IMG/VR virus record: IMGVR_UViG_3300042565_001021
Coordinates: 32,001 to 96,000 of that record
DNA: 64,000 nucleotides
Strand: one strand, 5' to 3'
Origin: a virus
The position numbers were made by a program, and so were the translations under genes. Shown piece by piece: positions 19,510 through 29,646 of this stretch (the first letter of the stretch is position 1; every line of letters begins with the position of its first letter). The notes under the pieces are model-generated. The model searched no databases and was not told the DNA's origin. It saw nothing but the letters and a program-made list of their open reading frames with translations.

Positions 19510-19858
19510 GATTAAGTCCTTTAATTAGCACAGCTGGTCGGTTTGAAGTAAACCATTTGAACCACTTCTTCGGATCAATTCCAGTTTGAAGACCGTGCAC
19601 TGTACAGTTATTTACTCTCTGCCAGGTGCCATGCTCGGTAAATTGACACGGGCGACGGTTCATGTCGTAGTCAAACTTAACTGTACCTTCCCACTCAATA
19701 CCTTTCTTACCGTCTTCGATAAACAGATAATCTCCGTCTGCTAAGATATTTAGTGAAGCATATCCAGCAGCTGAGTTATCAAAAACTGCCCATACGATCC
19801 CTTCTGTGTGCTGTTCAGAAAATGCTTCTAAGGTGCCTATAATTCGAATTGGTATCAT
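19442..19858 (-). CDS. Hypothetical protein
   Basis: 138-aa ORF, ATGA-coupled. Confidence 0.55.
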   Translation of the reverse strand: MIPIRIIGTLEAFSEQHTEGIVWAVFDNSAAGYASLNILADGDYLFIEDGKKGIEWEGTVKFDYDMNRRPCQFTEHGTWQRVNNCTVHGLQTGIDPKKWFKWFTSNRPAVLIKGLNHDSPIDTGFNQTNGRRAPDEDR

Positions 19859-20319
19859 GGTTTCTTTGGCGGCGAAAGGTAAGTTGTATTTTTTTCGCTT
19901 GTTAACTTATTTAACTCAATCCAGGACTTTGTCTCTTCTAAATCTAACCCTTCCCACAGCACTTCTGTCGTCTTAGTTTCTTTTGCTAACGACGCTCCTT
20001 CGAGGAATTTCAGATGCGCAGCCATAGCTTCGTCTTTATCTGCGAACCAAGTGTTATCGACTCGTTTCCAATTTTTATCGATGTATGTTTCTGTGTAGTA
20101 ATAAGTCTTTGCGGCGCCGTTAATAGGTTCTACGGTGTAGGCAACAAATCGAGTATTAGATTTATTGTGCTTAACGATGGCCGTCGTCTCTCGCTTTTTT
20201 ACTTGTGGGAGTGTAGTAGAAACTACTCCTTCAGCAGGCGGAAACACTAAGGTAATCGATACCTTAGCTTTCCACAGATCGCGTAACTTTTTAGATATCG
20301 CCTTGAGCACGGTTTTCAC
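19855..20319 (-). CDS. Hypothetical protein
   Basis: 154-aa ORF within the operon. Confidence 0.55.
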   Translation of the reverse strand: MKTVLKAISKKLRDLWKAKVSITLVFPPAEGVVSTTLPQVKKRETTAIVKHNKSNTRFVAYTVEPINGAAKTYYYTETYIDKNWKRVDNTWFADKDEAMAAHLKFLEGASLAKETKTTEVLWEGLDLEETKSWIELNKLTSEKNTTYLSPPKKP

Positions 20320-20698
20320 TTGCGTCTACGCTGAACTTACCGCCTGGATAACGAGACTCAAGCTTAGTTACATTGTCGGCAATGATTTGGTTTGGATCAA
20401 GATTAAGAGCGCGACATGCGTTAGTCCAATACCAAATTACATCACCTAATTCTTTTGCACAATGGGCGCGGGTTTCTTCAGTAAAGGGTTTGCCGTGAAA
20501 CAGGATTTTCTTAAAGATTTCCGAAAACTCACCAGCTTCACCAGACATACCCATTGCCGCTGTAAGGGCAAGAGAGATGTTTAGATTGCCATCCAAGTCA
20601 ATTTGGTAAATGCGTTGGGTAAAATCAGTTGCGCTTTCCGAATCGCGGCTGGTGATAGCTTTAACAAATTCGGTGTATTTTTGTAGATCAATCTGCAT
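20291..20698 (-). CDS. MazG-like NTP pyrophosphohydrolase
   Basis: GEAGEFSEIFKK...KELGDVIWY...NVTKLESRYP. Confidence 0.88.
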   Translation of the reverse strand: MQIDLQKYTEFVKAITSRDSESATDFTQRIYQIDLDGNLNISLALTAAMGMSGEAGEFSEIFKKILFHGKPFTEETRAHCAKELGDVIWYWTNACRALNLDPNQIIADNVTKLESRYPGGKFSVDASENRAQGDI

Positions 20699-20760
20699 AA
20701 CATCTCCTGATTAAGTTCTACCATTATAGCAGAACGAACCAGGAGAGTCAAACATTATGG

Positions 20761-21711
20761 TTAGCCAAATGTGGCACCGTTGTTACCAACGCAGAACCAT
20801 TTTGAACCAACGTACCTTAAGGTACATGCCTCACCAACTGCGTCTAACGTAATGGTACCAGAACCACCCCAGCCTGGGTTAGTAACCGTGATAACATACG
20901 CATCGGTCGGTCCCGAGTTTGCTAACATCATGAATTCGTGTAACTGGCCTTCCCTTGATCCTGCTGCAAATGTAGCAGTGCTTGGTCCTGCTGCCAATGA
21001 AATATGTGAGCTTGTAACTGCTACGTTACCAACACCTGGACTAGTTAATGTCTGTGCTGGTCCGACCCATACGTTAGCGGTTAGACCAGATACATCAGTT
21101 TGTAGAGTCGTTACATCGGCCGCGATAGCAACTTCTTCTGGGCTCTGTACGCCTGTTGGACCAACTAGTAACTTAACTGTAACTGCTAATCCTGCGTTAG
21201 CCGAACTGAACTCAAACAGGTAGTTACCTGCCACTGGTGGAGTAAAGACCTGTCCAGTAACTCCGGGAATCTGTCCTAAGCCAAAGACAACTTCAGCAGG
21301 GAAAGTTAGCGTTTCAGTGATAAGCATTCCTGTAAACAATACCTGAATCGTCGAATACTGTCCAGAAGCTGGCCAATTAGCGTAAGATAGAGTTAAGTTT
21401 TCAGTTACTTCTTTAGTCTGATAATCACCGAGTGAATAGTCAATTGCTAGAGTAGCACCTGCACCGGTTGTGTAGTTGTGTACTTTTTCAGTTGCACCCC
21501 ATAACTTAGGATTCTTTAGGGTCGTAGTAGCTAGGTTGTTTTCTGCTCCAATAGTAACTGCGCTACTTTGAAGAGCAGTAATCTCACTTTCAGCAACTTG
21601 CAGGTTAGACCTGATGTTAGTGAAGTTGTCACGGAATCCTTGGCTATCGTTGTCCTGTCCGGCAATTGGATAGGCTACGTTGATATTTGCTGGGTAAATA
21701 TTGCTTGCCAT
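20761..21711 (-). CDS. Virion structural protein (baseplate/tail associated)
   Basis: YPIAGQDNDSQGFRDNF N-terminus, beta-rich; late promoter; follows the wedge gene. Confidence 0.6.
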   Translation of the reverse strand: MASNIYPANINVAYPIAGQDNDSQGFRDNFTNIRSNLQVAESEITALQSSAVTIGAENNLATTTLKNPKLWGATEKVHNYTTGAGATLAIDYSLGDYQTKEVTENLTLSYANWPASGQYSTIQVLFTGMLITETLTFPAEVVFGLGQIPGVTGQVFTPPVAGNYLFEFSSANAGLAVTVKLLVGPTGVQSPEEVAIAADVTTLQTDVSGLTANVWVGPAQTLTSPGVGNVAVTSSHISLAAGPSTATFAAGSREGQLHEFMMLANSGPTDAYVITVTNPGWGGSGTITLDAVGEACTLRYVGSKWFCVGNNGATFG

Positions 21712-21753
21712 GTAAAATGTCCTTATTAAGTGTATTACTTATTTATCTATTTA

Positions 21754-24700
21754 TCAGTTGTAGATATTAGTTTTCGGGAATTTCAAGTAAACATCCAACG
21801 ATTCTGGCGGTAGGTACATATCCCTGTTATTGTAGAACCTAGTTCCACCACAGTCGAATCTAGTAGTATCGCCTGCTATCTTGTTTTCAGTTGTTAGAAT
21901 TGTATAAGTAGGTACTGTATTTCCTGGTTGCGTAATCGGGTTATAGTAAATCTTAGAGTTACCGTAGCTGCGACCACCTGTACCAACAAGAACGTGCTGA
22001 TTAATCTCAACTTCTTTAACAAATACCAAGGTGACTAGTTTGTCTTCGTAGTTGTCGGCATCTCCTAGCACTATTTGCCATATTCCAGCTCTTTGATTTA
22101 CTTCGTTGTTTAGTAGCTTGTCTAAGAACCCCGGAATTACCGTTGATGGAGCATACGGTTCGCTGCCCCAAGGGTCAGAACCATACGGGGCAGATTCTAG
22201 GTTCCATCCATCGTTTGGACTATTGTACTCTCTCGGAGAGACAGATAAGTTAAATCCTGACGAATCGAAATTGTTAGTGTCATAGGCATCTTTAACGTAT
22301 CCTGCAAAACCGTCGCTGTACTTTTCTTGTTTAGCAAAGACTACAAGTTGCCCGTCTTTAATATTAACTGAGCCGTCTAATCCTCCGGCAATTGTTATGT
22401 AATGGATTGTTCTACCGTTTACTTCGTCGAATGGTATAGTTACCGCAAAGTCTACATTACCAGCGTATGGGTTTTGTTCAGTGTTCGGCGGCAATCTATC
22501 AAACGTAGTTTCAGCCGAATCGATAAACTTCTTCTCGCCTATGTCATAGAACTTACTTAACGTGTGATCAAGTTGGTACCTATCTGCGACGAAGTCGATG
22601 TTATTAAACGATATATTGTTTTGCTTTAACCTGTACGCAATTAATTTGCTTGCGCCCGGCACAGTATATGCAAGGATAACGCCTCGAGTAAATCCTAATA
22701 CTCGGCTGTCTTCTTGAGGGTTAATCATCCACTGTGGTAGAGCACCTTTGTTATTGTACCCTACTGCTCCTACTTCTGTCTTCATATTATCTAGGCTGTT
22801 TGGGTGAACAACAGTAAATGGTGGAACATTGTACGGACTTTTAACTTCGGCAGTTCTATCTATGTAGGAAGCAACAGATTTACCGTTCTCTGTTAACTCG
22901 TCTAGTACTTCGACGTACACGATCTCATACTTAACGTTAAAATTAGCATCTGTTGCAATTGCAGTTTTTATGTTCCCTAAGTTGACTTGCTTGTTGTAAT
23001 GGTTATTTTCCATCTCGGCAATGTACGACGCTGCTAAGTTAGGTTCTAGCCCGGCAGCAAACAAGAATTTGATACTAGTTGCTTTTCCAAACCAAGGATC
23101 ACCAGCTCGGTATATTAACTGATCTGGAAAAATATCAGTATCAGCTACAGTCGATAAGAATGTCTCTCTCTGATCTCTGCTTGGTAGTGCTTTTAAGTAA
23201 ATATTTTCGTAAGGATGAATGTTATAGTTCTTAACTCTGATAGTAAACGTCTTATCGTCTGACACAGTTTCATTCGACACTACCGTTGGGTCTGTATCGT
23301 CAGACGCAGTAACAGTGAATGTGTAAACATTGTCAAAGAACAGAGTATTCTTATCAAAGGTTGTTGTTCTACTATCCATTGAAAAATGGTCAAATGAAAC
23401 TCTACCTACTAACAAACCGTTTGGTAATAGCGTTAGTCCTTGTGGCAACTTGCTCTTTACAACTGGAGTGTAATCAATGACTGTCTGGTCAGCTTCGATC
23501 CCTACAGGATTTGGTGTGCCTTCTGCTATCCTGTAATTAAGTGTCTTTCCTTTTCTTGACACAGCAACAATGGATACTTCGCTTATGTCGCCGTTTGTTA
23601 TTAATCCTAAGTCAGACGGAGTTGACCAATCAATCGTATTGTTTCTATCGCCTAGTACAGTTAGCGTGAATGTTACATACTGGCTTCTCGCATCTTCTAC
23701 GTCATTGACTTCAGTCCAACAGTATACCTGAAACGTATAAGTTTTAACTTCCTCAGTTTGAGCGCCTAGCGATCCGGTTATCCAGCCTGTTGTTTCGTCG
23801 ATTGTTACTCCAGGAGGTAATGTAAAGTCAATTTGGTCGAAAGCATCCTGGTCGAAAGCCGACGTTGGTATTCCTGGATGCTCTACAGTAGGCTCTTGGT
23901 CAAACCAAGCCGCATTTTCTGTCAGAATTCCCCAGTGTAACGTATCTCCGTCGAGGTCTCGTCCTTCAACCTTAAAGGCAAAGTTACTTAACTGACGTTG
24001 CTCTGGTAGTTCTTGCGGACGAGTAATAACATAAGGAGCGTGTTGTTCGTCGGTATCAACAGTAATAGTGTTATTGTCGATTGTTAGTTCAGTATTGTCA
24101 ATTGACAAAGTGTCTTTAGCCTGTACAGTTAGTGTGTACCTAGACAGATCAAACCTAGCTCCGTCAAAGACCTGGATCTCAAATCTGTACGTTCTAGTCT
24201 GCGGTCTTGCTGTAGGTTGATCCCACAGTGGTCCATCCCATAGCCCATTGCCCCAACGTAAGATTGCTACTTCTTCGTCGAGGTAAACTGGTTCTAAGTA
24301 CCCGAATAGTCTTCCTTCTTCAGTTAGTTCTACCCCAGGAGGTAGTTCTCCGTCGACTAGCTTCCATTCTAATCCGGCGACTGAGTTCTGGTCAGTTGCT
24401 TCTAGTTGTAGGTCGAAGAAGTATCCGTCGTACCAAGTGCCTAACGACACATTCTTAGGAATAATTTGCGGAATAGAGATAGAATTTGTAACAATACTAA
24501 ATGTTCTATCGTTAATCTGACCGCGCCCGTTTGTAATTCGAACTGTGAACGTCTGTAAGTATTCCTGTTGATCTACAGATGCTTCTTCAACTGACGCCAC
24601 GCCTTGTATCAATCCAGTTCTAGTCAGTCCGAGGCCATCAGTTAAATTACCGGCTATTACGGTGTAAGTGAGAGGCAACCCTTGTGTGTCATACGCGTCA

Positions 24701-24777
24701 AGTTGAAACTCGAAGTATTCTTCTTCAGCGATACTAGCAATTTGCCCCTTAGGAGTGATCCACTTAATTTCTGACAT
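21754..24777 (-). CDS. Baseplate wedge-like protein with Ig-like repeats
   Basis: Repeated GxLPxGLxL..G.I.G Ig motifs; 1007 aa, acidic. Confidence 0.65.
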   Translation of the reverse strand: MSEIKWITPKGQIASIAEEEYFEFQLDAYDTQGLPLTYTVIAGNLTDGLGLTRTGLIQGVASVEEASVDQQEYLQTFTVRITNGRGQINDRTFSIVTNSISIPQIIPKNVSLGTWYDGYFFDLQLEATDQNSVAGLEWKLVDGELPPGVELTEEGRLFGYLEPVYLDEEVAILRWGNGLWDGPLWDQPTARPQTRTYRFEIQVFDGARFDLSRYTLTVQAKDTLSIDNTELTIDNNTITVDTDEQHAPYVITRPQELPEQRQLSNFAFKVEGRDLDGDTLHWGILTENAAWFDQEPTVEHPGIPTSAFDQDAFDQIDFTLPPGVTIDETTGWITGSLGAQTEEVKTYTFQVYCWTEVNDVEDARSQYVTFTLTVLGDRNNTIDWSTPSDLGLITNGDISEVSIVAVSRKGKTLNYRIAEGTPNPVGIEADQTVIDYTPVVKSKLPQGLTLLPNGLLVGRVSFDHFSMDSRTTTFDKNTLFFDNVYTFTVTASDDTDPTVVSNETVSDDKTFTIRVKNYNIHPYENIYLKALPSRDQRETFLSTVADTDIFPDQLIYRAGDPWFGKATSIKFLFAAGLEPNLAASYIAEMENNHYNKQVNLGNIKTAIATDANFNVKYEIVYVEVLDELTENGKSVASYIDRTAEVKSPYNVPPFTVVHPNSLDNMKTEVGAVGYNNKGALPQWMINPQEDSRVLGFTRGVILAYTVPGASKLIAYRLKQNNISFNNIDFVADRYQLDHTLSKFYDIGEKKFIDSAETTFDRLPPNTEQNPYAGNVDFAVTIPFDEVNGRTIHYITIAGGLDGSVNIKDGQLVVFAKQEKYSDGFAGYVKDAYDTNNFDSSGFNLSVSPREYNSPNDGWNLESAPYGSDPWGSEPYAPSTVIPGFLDKLLNNEVNQRAGIWQIVLGDADNYEDKLVTLVFVKEVEINQHVLVGTGGRSYGNSKIYYNPITQPGNTVPTYTILTTENKIAGDTTRFDCGGTRFYNNRDMYLPPESLDVYLKFPKTNIYN

Positions 24778-27389
24778 TAGAGTATAACTGCGTTAATAAC
24801 CTTCGTGCCTACAGCCAGGTTTTCTTCTAACGACTTAGCAAAAATGGCCACCCCGTAAGATGCTTCCCTACCTACGCTTTCGGCGTGCCCCGACATCGAG
24901 CTAGTCACTAATAAGTCTCCTTTCTTAACAGGGCCATATACTTTAACAGGCACCTTTCCGCGCAAAGCTACAGCCACTGAATTGGGTGCGTCTTTGTTCA
25001 TCAAGTAAGCAGGATCAGTTGAAACAGCCCCGGCGACTGAGATATCGGCTTTGTAACTAGTAACTGTTACCTCTTTAGAACCGCCAAATATTAGAACTGT
25101 GCCTGGTTCATACTGTTGGTCCGATTCGTATTTTTCTGCTAAGTCAGCGTACTGCGCACTAGTAGCGATAACTGTTAGCACCCCGGTGCTAGGCACAAAC
25201 GACATCTTAGAACTTGACACCTTCTGCCCCTGGTTACCGGACGCAGTTGATACCCAGGTTGGGTACACCGGTGTCGCTGTTGCTACATCATCAGTGATTG
25301 CTGTGTTTGTTGCGTTCGTTGCAGTAGTTGCGCTTGTTGCACTACCGGCAGTAGTTGCAGTATTAGCATTTCCGTACAGTGCGCCAGTGAAGATAAGAGA
25401 AGTTAAGTTTCCGGTGCTCGGGTTATAAGTAAACCCAGAATCTGTCCTAGGCTCTGTGTTTCCGGTTGTAACGTTGCCGAAGAATGGATAGTTAGTTGCA
25501 TTTGTAGAGTTGTCGGCAATTGCTGTAACTTTAATCGCTACGTTAGCTAAGTCAACGAATCCACCCGCTGATGTAGTTTGGAATGTTCCGTCTGGGAATT
25601 TAAGTCCTTTACCAGTGGTTGATATTTGAACGTTACCAGTTGACACTGTAAGGGCAGCAGAAGTAAATGTTCCTGAGTTGTTTATTGTTGTTGAATAAAC
25701 TGTACCGAATCGACCCGAGCTGGTACCAATATCGCCAGCAGCACTAGAAAGGAGTGTTCCACCGACCGTAACGTTGCCCGACACTAACGCCGAGGTTAAT
25801 GTGCCAAGTGAAGTAATTGCTGGTTGCGCCGCAGTTAACACGTTACCAGTTATGTTTCCTGTTACATGCCCAACGAATCTGGTAGCTGTAATATTCCCCG
25901 ACAACGGATTGTAAGTAAATCCTGTGTCGGTCCTTGGAGAAGCGTTTCCTGTTGCTATGTTTGAGAACAAAGGATAGTTTGTAGCATCTGTGCTGTCGTC
26001 AGCAGTTAACGCAACTGTTCCCGAAGCCCCTGTAATGTTTCCAGTGATAGGTGCTGTAACTGTTAGTCCCGATAAGGTTCCGACTGATGTAATACTCGTC
26101 TGTGCGGCTCCTGTTACCGTTGCTGCTGATCCCGATATATTACCTGTGATAGTTGCGGTAACAGTTAATCCAGATAATGTTCCGACCGATGTAATATTTG
26201 GTTGCGCATTAGTTGTTAATGTTCCACCTAAGCTAGCTGCCGAGAAGCTTCCTGCTGTTAAGGTTCCAGTAACATCGCAGTTTCCAGTGGTAGCAATGTT
26301 TGCTGCATGTATGTTGCCACCTACACCTAGTCCACTGACACCAGAAAGTATTACTGTTCCTGTTGATGTGCTGGTACTAGCTGTATTAGCGTTAAATGTC
26401 GTGGCGTTTGGAACTGCGCCGCCAGTAAAGTTAGCATCAACAGTTGAAACTTGAACACCATTTATCCGCAGCGTTGTTCCTGCTGGACCAGTAATATTAA
26501 TGTTACCAGTAGAAACATCCACGTTGCCACCAGTAACTTGTAGGTTAGCAAGAGTGCCAAGGCTTGTGATGTTAGCTTGTCGAGCAGTAACTAAGTTACC
26601 TGTCATGCTTACTATGTTAGATGTTGTTCCTGTAATCGCATTAAACGCACTAGTCCCAGTAGACGACACGTTAGCTTCTACTGTGTCAAATAATGCAGTA
26701 CCTAAGGTACCTGAGAACTGCTCAACGTTGCCTCCGTCTTCTGGCACCTGAGTTGCTCTTGGAATGAAGACTAGCTTCTGACTTGAATTGTCAAATCCGA
26801 AGAATCCTTTTCGCTCTTGCGAGTCGTACCAGTAAAACTCAATACCTCTATCGTTTCCGTCGTTACTTGAGAGCGATGCCCCCGGTGTGCTGCTTAGTTC
26901 AATCGTAGGATGCTGGATTATTAATTCAGATCGTGTAACAGAGGTGACGTTTCCGTTGACTAGTAGGTTACCGGAGATCTCTACGTCTTTACTTACTGTT
27001 AGGTTACCTGTTATTCCTGTTGAATTACCACCAAAGATAGCGTCGCCATAAGTTAGTGTCGTACCAGTTACAGTCAGGTTGCCTATTAATGCAGTAGTAC
27101 TAGTAACGTTTCCAGTTAGTTTGCCAAGGATGTTTCCGTTGACTTGTAAGTTTCCTGTTACCGTTGTTGTAGTGGCAGTAAGCGAAGTAATGTTTGCTAC
27201 GTTAGCATCAAGAGTCTCGGTGTTAAGAAGTTCAACGTTAGCTTCTGTAAACTCGGGAGTCTGTGATAAAAACTCGTGGATTGCGGTTACGTTGTTGTTC
27301 GTTATTACAAATGCCGCTCGTAAGCTGTCGCCTGTTCCGTCGTTTGGTGATAGACCTGTATTAACTAGTGAAGTAGAGAGTATTGTCAT
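24777..27389 (-). CDS. Tail fibre protein with C-terminal chaperone-like domain
   Basis: NDGTGDSLRAAF N-terminus; AQxxITSVGTL repeats; duplicated TNYPxF...FTYNP modules; ADLAEKY...VALRGKVPVKV C-terminus. Confidence 0.8.
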   Translation of the reverse strand: MTILSTSLVNTGLSPNDGTGDSLRAAFVITNNNVTAIHEFLSQTPEFTEANVELLNTETLDANVANITSLTATTTTVTGNLQVNGNILGKLTGNVTSTTALIGNLTVTGTTLTYGDAIFGGNSTGITGNLTVSKDVEISGNLLVNGNVTSVTRSELIIQHPTIELSSTPGASLSSNDGNDRGIEFYWYDSQERKGFFGFDNSSQKLVFIPRATQVPEDGGNVEQFSGTLGTALFDTVEANVSSTGTSAFNAITGTTSNIVSMTGNLVTARQANITSLGTLANLQVTGGNVDVSTGNINITGPAGTTLRINGVQVSTVDANFTGGAVPNATTFNANTASTSTSTGTVILSGVSGLGVGGNIHAANIATTGNCDVTGTLTAGSFSAASLGGTLTTNAQPNITSVGTLSGLTVTATITGNISGSAATVTGAAQTSITSVGTLSGLTVTAPITGNITGASGTVALTADDSTDATNYPLFSNIATGNASPRTDTGFTYNPLSGNITATRFVGHVTGNITGNVLTAAQPAITSLGTLTSALVSGNVTVGGTLLSSAAGDIGTSSGRFGTVYSTTINNSGTFTSAALTVSTGNVQISTTGKGLKFPDGTFQTTSAGGFVDLANVAIKVTAIADNSTNATNYPFFGNVTTGNTEPRTDSGFTYNPSTGNLTSLIFTGALYGNANTATTAGSATSATTATNATNTAITDDVATATPVYPTWVSTASGNQGQKVSSSKMSFVPSTGVLTVIATSAQYADLAEKYESDQQYEPGTVLIFGGSKEVTVTSYKADISVAGAVSTDPAYLMNKDAPNSVAVALRGKVPVKVYGPVKKGDLLVTSSMSGHAESVGREASYGVAIFAKSLEENLAVGTKVINAVIL

Positions 27390-27420
27390 AGTACTACTAT
27401 TTATACAAGATTGAATTATA

Positions 27421-27448
27421 AAAATAGCTGCGGTTAAGCAGCTATTTT
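27421..27448. terminator. Intrinsic terminator (bidirectional-looking)
   Basis: AAAATAGCTGC-GGTTAA-GCAGCTATTTT. Confidence 0.75.
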
Positions 27449-27461
27449 ACGTTAAAGCTAT

Positions 27462-28652
27462 TTACGGCCAGGTCGAAACTACGCTCAATGCAGTACGAGA
27501 CCAAATGTCTGATATTCCGTCGGTCCAGGTTGCAGTACAGTAATAAAGATAGGATGCATCTATTGCAACATCTCCGATTGTGTTGCCAGTTTGTCCTTTT
27601 GACGTAGTAGGTGCAGTTGCTACAAATCCGTCCCCTATCAGCCCAGAGTAACCAGAGACACCAGAGTAACCTGAGGTGCTCGAATAACCTGAATAGCCGC
27701 TTGTTCCTTCTATACCACTAATTCCTGAGTACCCACTTGTTCCATCAATTCCTGAATAGCCGCTTGTTCCGTCTATACCACTAATTCCTGAATAGCCGCT
27801 TGTTCCTGAATAACCAGAGATACCTGACGTACCGCTAGAGCCCGAGTACCCAGAAGTTCCGCTGACCCCCGAATACCCACTCTTTCCGCTTGTTCCTGAC
27901 GCGCCACCTAACCCTGAGTATCCAGAGATTCCGCTTGTTCCAGAGATACCCGAGTAACCGCTTCTGCCTGAGGTACCGCTCTCACCTGAGTAACCAGACG
28001 TACCACTTACTCCTGATTTCCCACTTGCGCCGCTAGACCCCGAATATCCAGAAGTTCCGCTTGTTCCAGAGATGCCTGAGTAACCGCTTCTGCCTGAGGT
28101 ACCGCTCTCACCGCTATAACCCGACCATCCGCTCTTTCCTGAGGTACCACTAATTCCTGAGTAACCTGAGGTACTTTGTCCCGAGATTCCCGAGTAACCA
28201 GAAGAACCACTTAGTCCAGATATGCCGCTGTACCCTGAGGTACCAGAATACCCGCTCTTACCAGACCATCCGCTAGTACCAGAAAGTCCTATCCCGCTAT
28301 GTCCTGAATAACCCGATACTCCTGAGTAGCCGCTTGCGCCGTCTATGCCCGAGTATCCGCTTGTACCGTCTATACCTGAATAACCACTAAGCCCGCCTGG
28401 TTGCCCGCTAACTCCTGAGTATCCACTCGGGCCTGCTACGTTGCTTGAGAACCCAGAATAGCCACTTAGACCACCAGCTTGTCCGCTAACTCCCGAAAAT
28501 CCGCTAGGGCCGACTGCGCCACTATATCCGCTAGTCCCGCCGGCGGTGTATAGTTCAGTGAAGTTTTGGTTGATTTTGTCGAACGACGCCCGTAATGGAT
28601 CGCCGCTGCCATCTGAAGGCACTGTGCCGATATTGATTGTTTGCTTTGCCAT
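27462..28652 (-). CDS. Collagen-like (Gly-X-Ser) fibre protein
   Basis: gp9/gp10-like N-terminus (INIGTVPSDGSGDPLRASFDKINQNF), then a long GYSGISGTS triplet tract. Confidence 0.8.
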   Translation of the reverse strand: MAKQTINIGTVPSDGSGDPLRASFDKINQNFTELYTAGGTSGYSGAVGPSGFSGVSGQAGGLSGYSGFSSNVAGPSGYSGVSGQPGGLSGYSGIDGTSGYSGIDGASGYSGVSGYSGHSGIGLSGTSGWSGKSGYSGTSGYSGISGLSGSSGYSGISGQSTSGYSGISGTSGKSGWSGYSGESGTSGRSGYSGISGTSGTSGYSGSSGASGKSGVSGTSGYSGESGTSGRSGYSGISGTSGISGYSGLGGASGTSGKSGYSGVSGTSGYSGSSGTSGISGYSGTSGYSGISGIDGTSGYSGIDGTSGYSGISGIEGTSGYSGYSSTSGYSGVSGYSGLIGDGFVATAPTTSKGQTGNTIGDVAIDASYLYYCTATWTDGISDIWSRTALSVVSTWP

Positions 28653-28694
28653 TCCTTAGATCCTGTTATCATGTATTTATCGGATCTAAGGAAT
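28651..28694 (-). promoter_or_regulatory. Late promoter inside an RBS-sequestering hairpin
   Basis: Perfect 13-bp inverted repeat ATTCCTTAGATCC/GGATCTAAGGAAT with GATAAATA in the loop. Confidence 0.75.
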
Positions 28695-28707
28695 TTATAA
28701 CTTGCTA

Positions 28708-28926
28708 CTAATTACGGTATACGATTCTACCTTTAGTCAAGTCATAAGCTGACATCTCTACAGTGACGCGATCACCAAGCAAGATGTTGATAGTGTTAGT
28801 GCGCAGCTTACCGCCTAAGTAAGCGATAATCTTGGTGTTCAAATCGTCTAGCTGAACACGGAATGTTGCGTTTGGCAACAATTCAGTGACTTCGCCCTCG
28901 AAACGGAGGGCCTCTTCCTTTGCTAT
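28708..28926 (-). CDS. infA: Translation initiation factor IF-1 (AUA start; absent from ORF track)
   Basis: (M)[25 protein letters not shown]...[38 protein letters not shown], 72 aa; AAGGAG-N7-ATA. Confidence 0.93.
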   Translation of the reverse strand: MAKEEALRFEGEVTELLPNATFRVQLDDLNTKIIAYLGGKLRTNTINILLGDRVTVEMSAYDLTKGRIVYRN

Positions 28927-28959
28927 GATGTTTCTCCTTTTATTATAGTAGCAGTTTAT

Positions 28960-29270
28960 TTAGTGCTGGTTTGCGAGTATTGAAAAGACATGGTACTTTT
29001 CGTGTAGCTCGTCGTATTTCGTCTTCAGTTTAGATAATTCTTTAACTACGCTTGCATGAAATTCTGCGTCGGTCTTTCGAGGTCGTGGATTATTACGTCA
29101 TTTGCATCAAACCACTCGTCTGGGTCGTTGCGGTATTCAGACGGTATAAAGTGAACAAGCATTTCTGCGTAGTACGCTAGTCTTCTAACCCAAGGATCTT
29201 TGTGCTCTTCGCCCCAAGCAGAAAGCTCTTGAATTGATACGTGGTCAGGATGAGTAGGAAATGATTTCAT
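28960..29270 (-). pseudogene. Hypothetical protein with an apparent 1-nt deletion
   Basis: Adding one A at 29075-29077 extends the ORF with a coiled coil (DLEKTDAEF...HVFSILANQH*). Confidence 0.5.
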
Positions 29271-29272
29271 TA

Positions 29273-29644
29273 TTACCGCCTCATTTTAGAAATAGCAACT
29301 GCTTCCTCGGATGAGAACACCGGAACCGCATTGCTCTTGTGCATCTGTCCTATCCCCAGAATTTTATCGCCTGTATAGACAGGACTGTCCTTAGCAGCAG
29401 CAACACCGACCCCGTCGCCCTTGCTTGGGATCTTTGGCGCGTCTGCTCCGCGGTAAGTAGGTTTGAACGAAAGTGGCTTCAATTTGTTTTCCTTCTTAGC
29501 TTTGGGTTTAACGTCGTACTTTGATAACAGATTTTCCCACCCTTCTTTCAGCTGGGCAGAAGTCCGCGCAGCATCAGCATTACGGAACTTCTTCTTACCT
29601 TTCTTTTTGCCGGTTGTGGTTAACCACGGGCCTTCCATGTGCAC
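29273..29644 (-). CDS. Basic hypothetical phage protein
   Basis: C-terminal YTGDKILGIGQMHKSNAVPVF, recalled from T4-like phage proteins. Confidence 0.65.
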   Translation of the reverse strand: MHMEGPWLTTTGKKKGKKKFRNADAARTSAQLKEGWENLLSKYDVKPKAKKENKLKPLSFKPTYRGADAPKIPSKGDGVGVAAAKDSPVYTGDKILGIGQMHKSNAVPVFSSEEAVAISKMRR

Positions 29645-29646
29645 GG

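Noticed and set aside
27640-28540. CRISPR array or non-coding tandem repeat
   Set aside because: The repeats are degenerate at third codon positions and encode Gly-X-Ser triplets; there are no spacers
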